From a virus: a stretch of 64,000 nt of DNA. The stretch lies in IMG/VR virus record IMGVR_UViG_3300028837_001398, positions 8,436 to 72,435 of that record; one strand, given 5' to 3'. The position numbers and the translations under genes are program-made. Positions 63,951-64,000 of the stretch are shown one piece after another. The stretch's first letter is position 1, and each line of letters begins with the position of its first letter. Under the pieces are notes generated by a model. That model had not been told where the DNA came from, did no database searches, and saw only the letters and a program-made list of their open reading frames with translations.

Positions 63951-64000
63951 CCTTGCCTCGCCATGCCAAGCCAGGCCTAACCCGGCCCCGCCTCGCCCGG
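63951..64000 (-). repeat. Phased pentamer array (GGY-NN)n, truncated by the window edge
   Basis: Plus strand ccttg cctcg ccatg ccaag ccagg cctaa cccgg ccccg cctcg cccgg: ten consecutive units. Confidence 0.8.

Larger units (their letters stand above)
1001..64000. mobile_element. Temperate siphovirus (prophage or phage genome), continuing beyond the right edge
   Basis: Serine integrase plus lysis, tail, HK97 head, terminase, DNA-modification and replication modules in canonical order on the minus strand; left boundary uncertain. Confidence 0.93.

Noticed and set aside
1-64000. CRISPR array, diversity-generating retroelement, intron/intein, rRNA
   Set aside because: By eye I found no repeat-spacer array, reverse transcriptase motifs, intein termini or rRNA-like sequence

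Overview
Almost the whole window (about 775/1001-64000, running off the right edge) is a GC-rich temperate siphovirus with an HK97-type head and a non-contractile tail. It is preceded by the 3' end of a triple-SLH surface protein gene whose 'VTRDQMAVY.ARA' repeats suggest an Armatimonadota-like host (inference). Nearly all phage genes are on the minus strand. Right to left they are: replication and early genes, many DNA-modification genes, terminase, portal-MuF, protease, capsid, neck and tail, lysis, and a small early cassette that converges on a large serine recombinase. Most notable observations: (1) a ParB / DUF488 / methylase-GNAT(Mom-like) / ParB-N cassette followed by its own tRNA-Gly(UCC), which keeps the GlyRS identity elements but is mispaired at 49:65 and 7:66; (2) a family of terminator-containing leaders before terS, portal, capsid and tail-tube genes, plus two paralogous small proteins, suggesting an antitermination system; (3) glycosyltransferases, methyltransferases and a phosphodiesterase-like gene interleaved with head genes, suggesting virion decoration; (4) a perfectly phased GGY-NN pentamer array at the right edge; (5) a C5 methyltransferase with a second subunit in an alternative frame; (6) a lysis module with a patatin and a beta-barrel-like protein. 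All functional calls come from reading motifs by eye; no searches were run.
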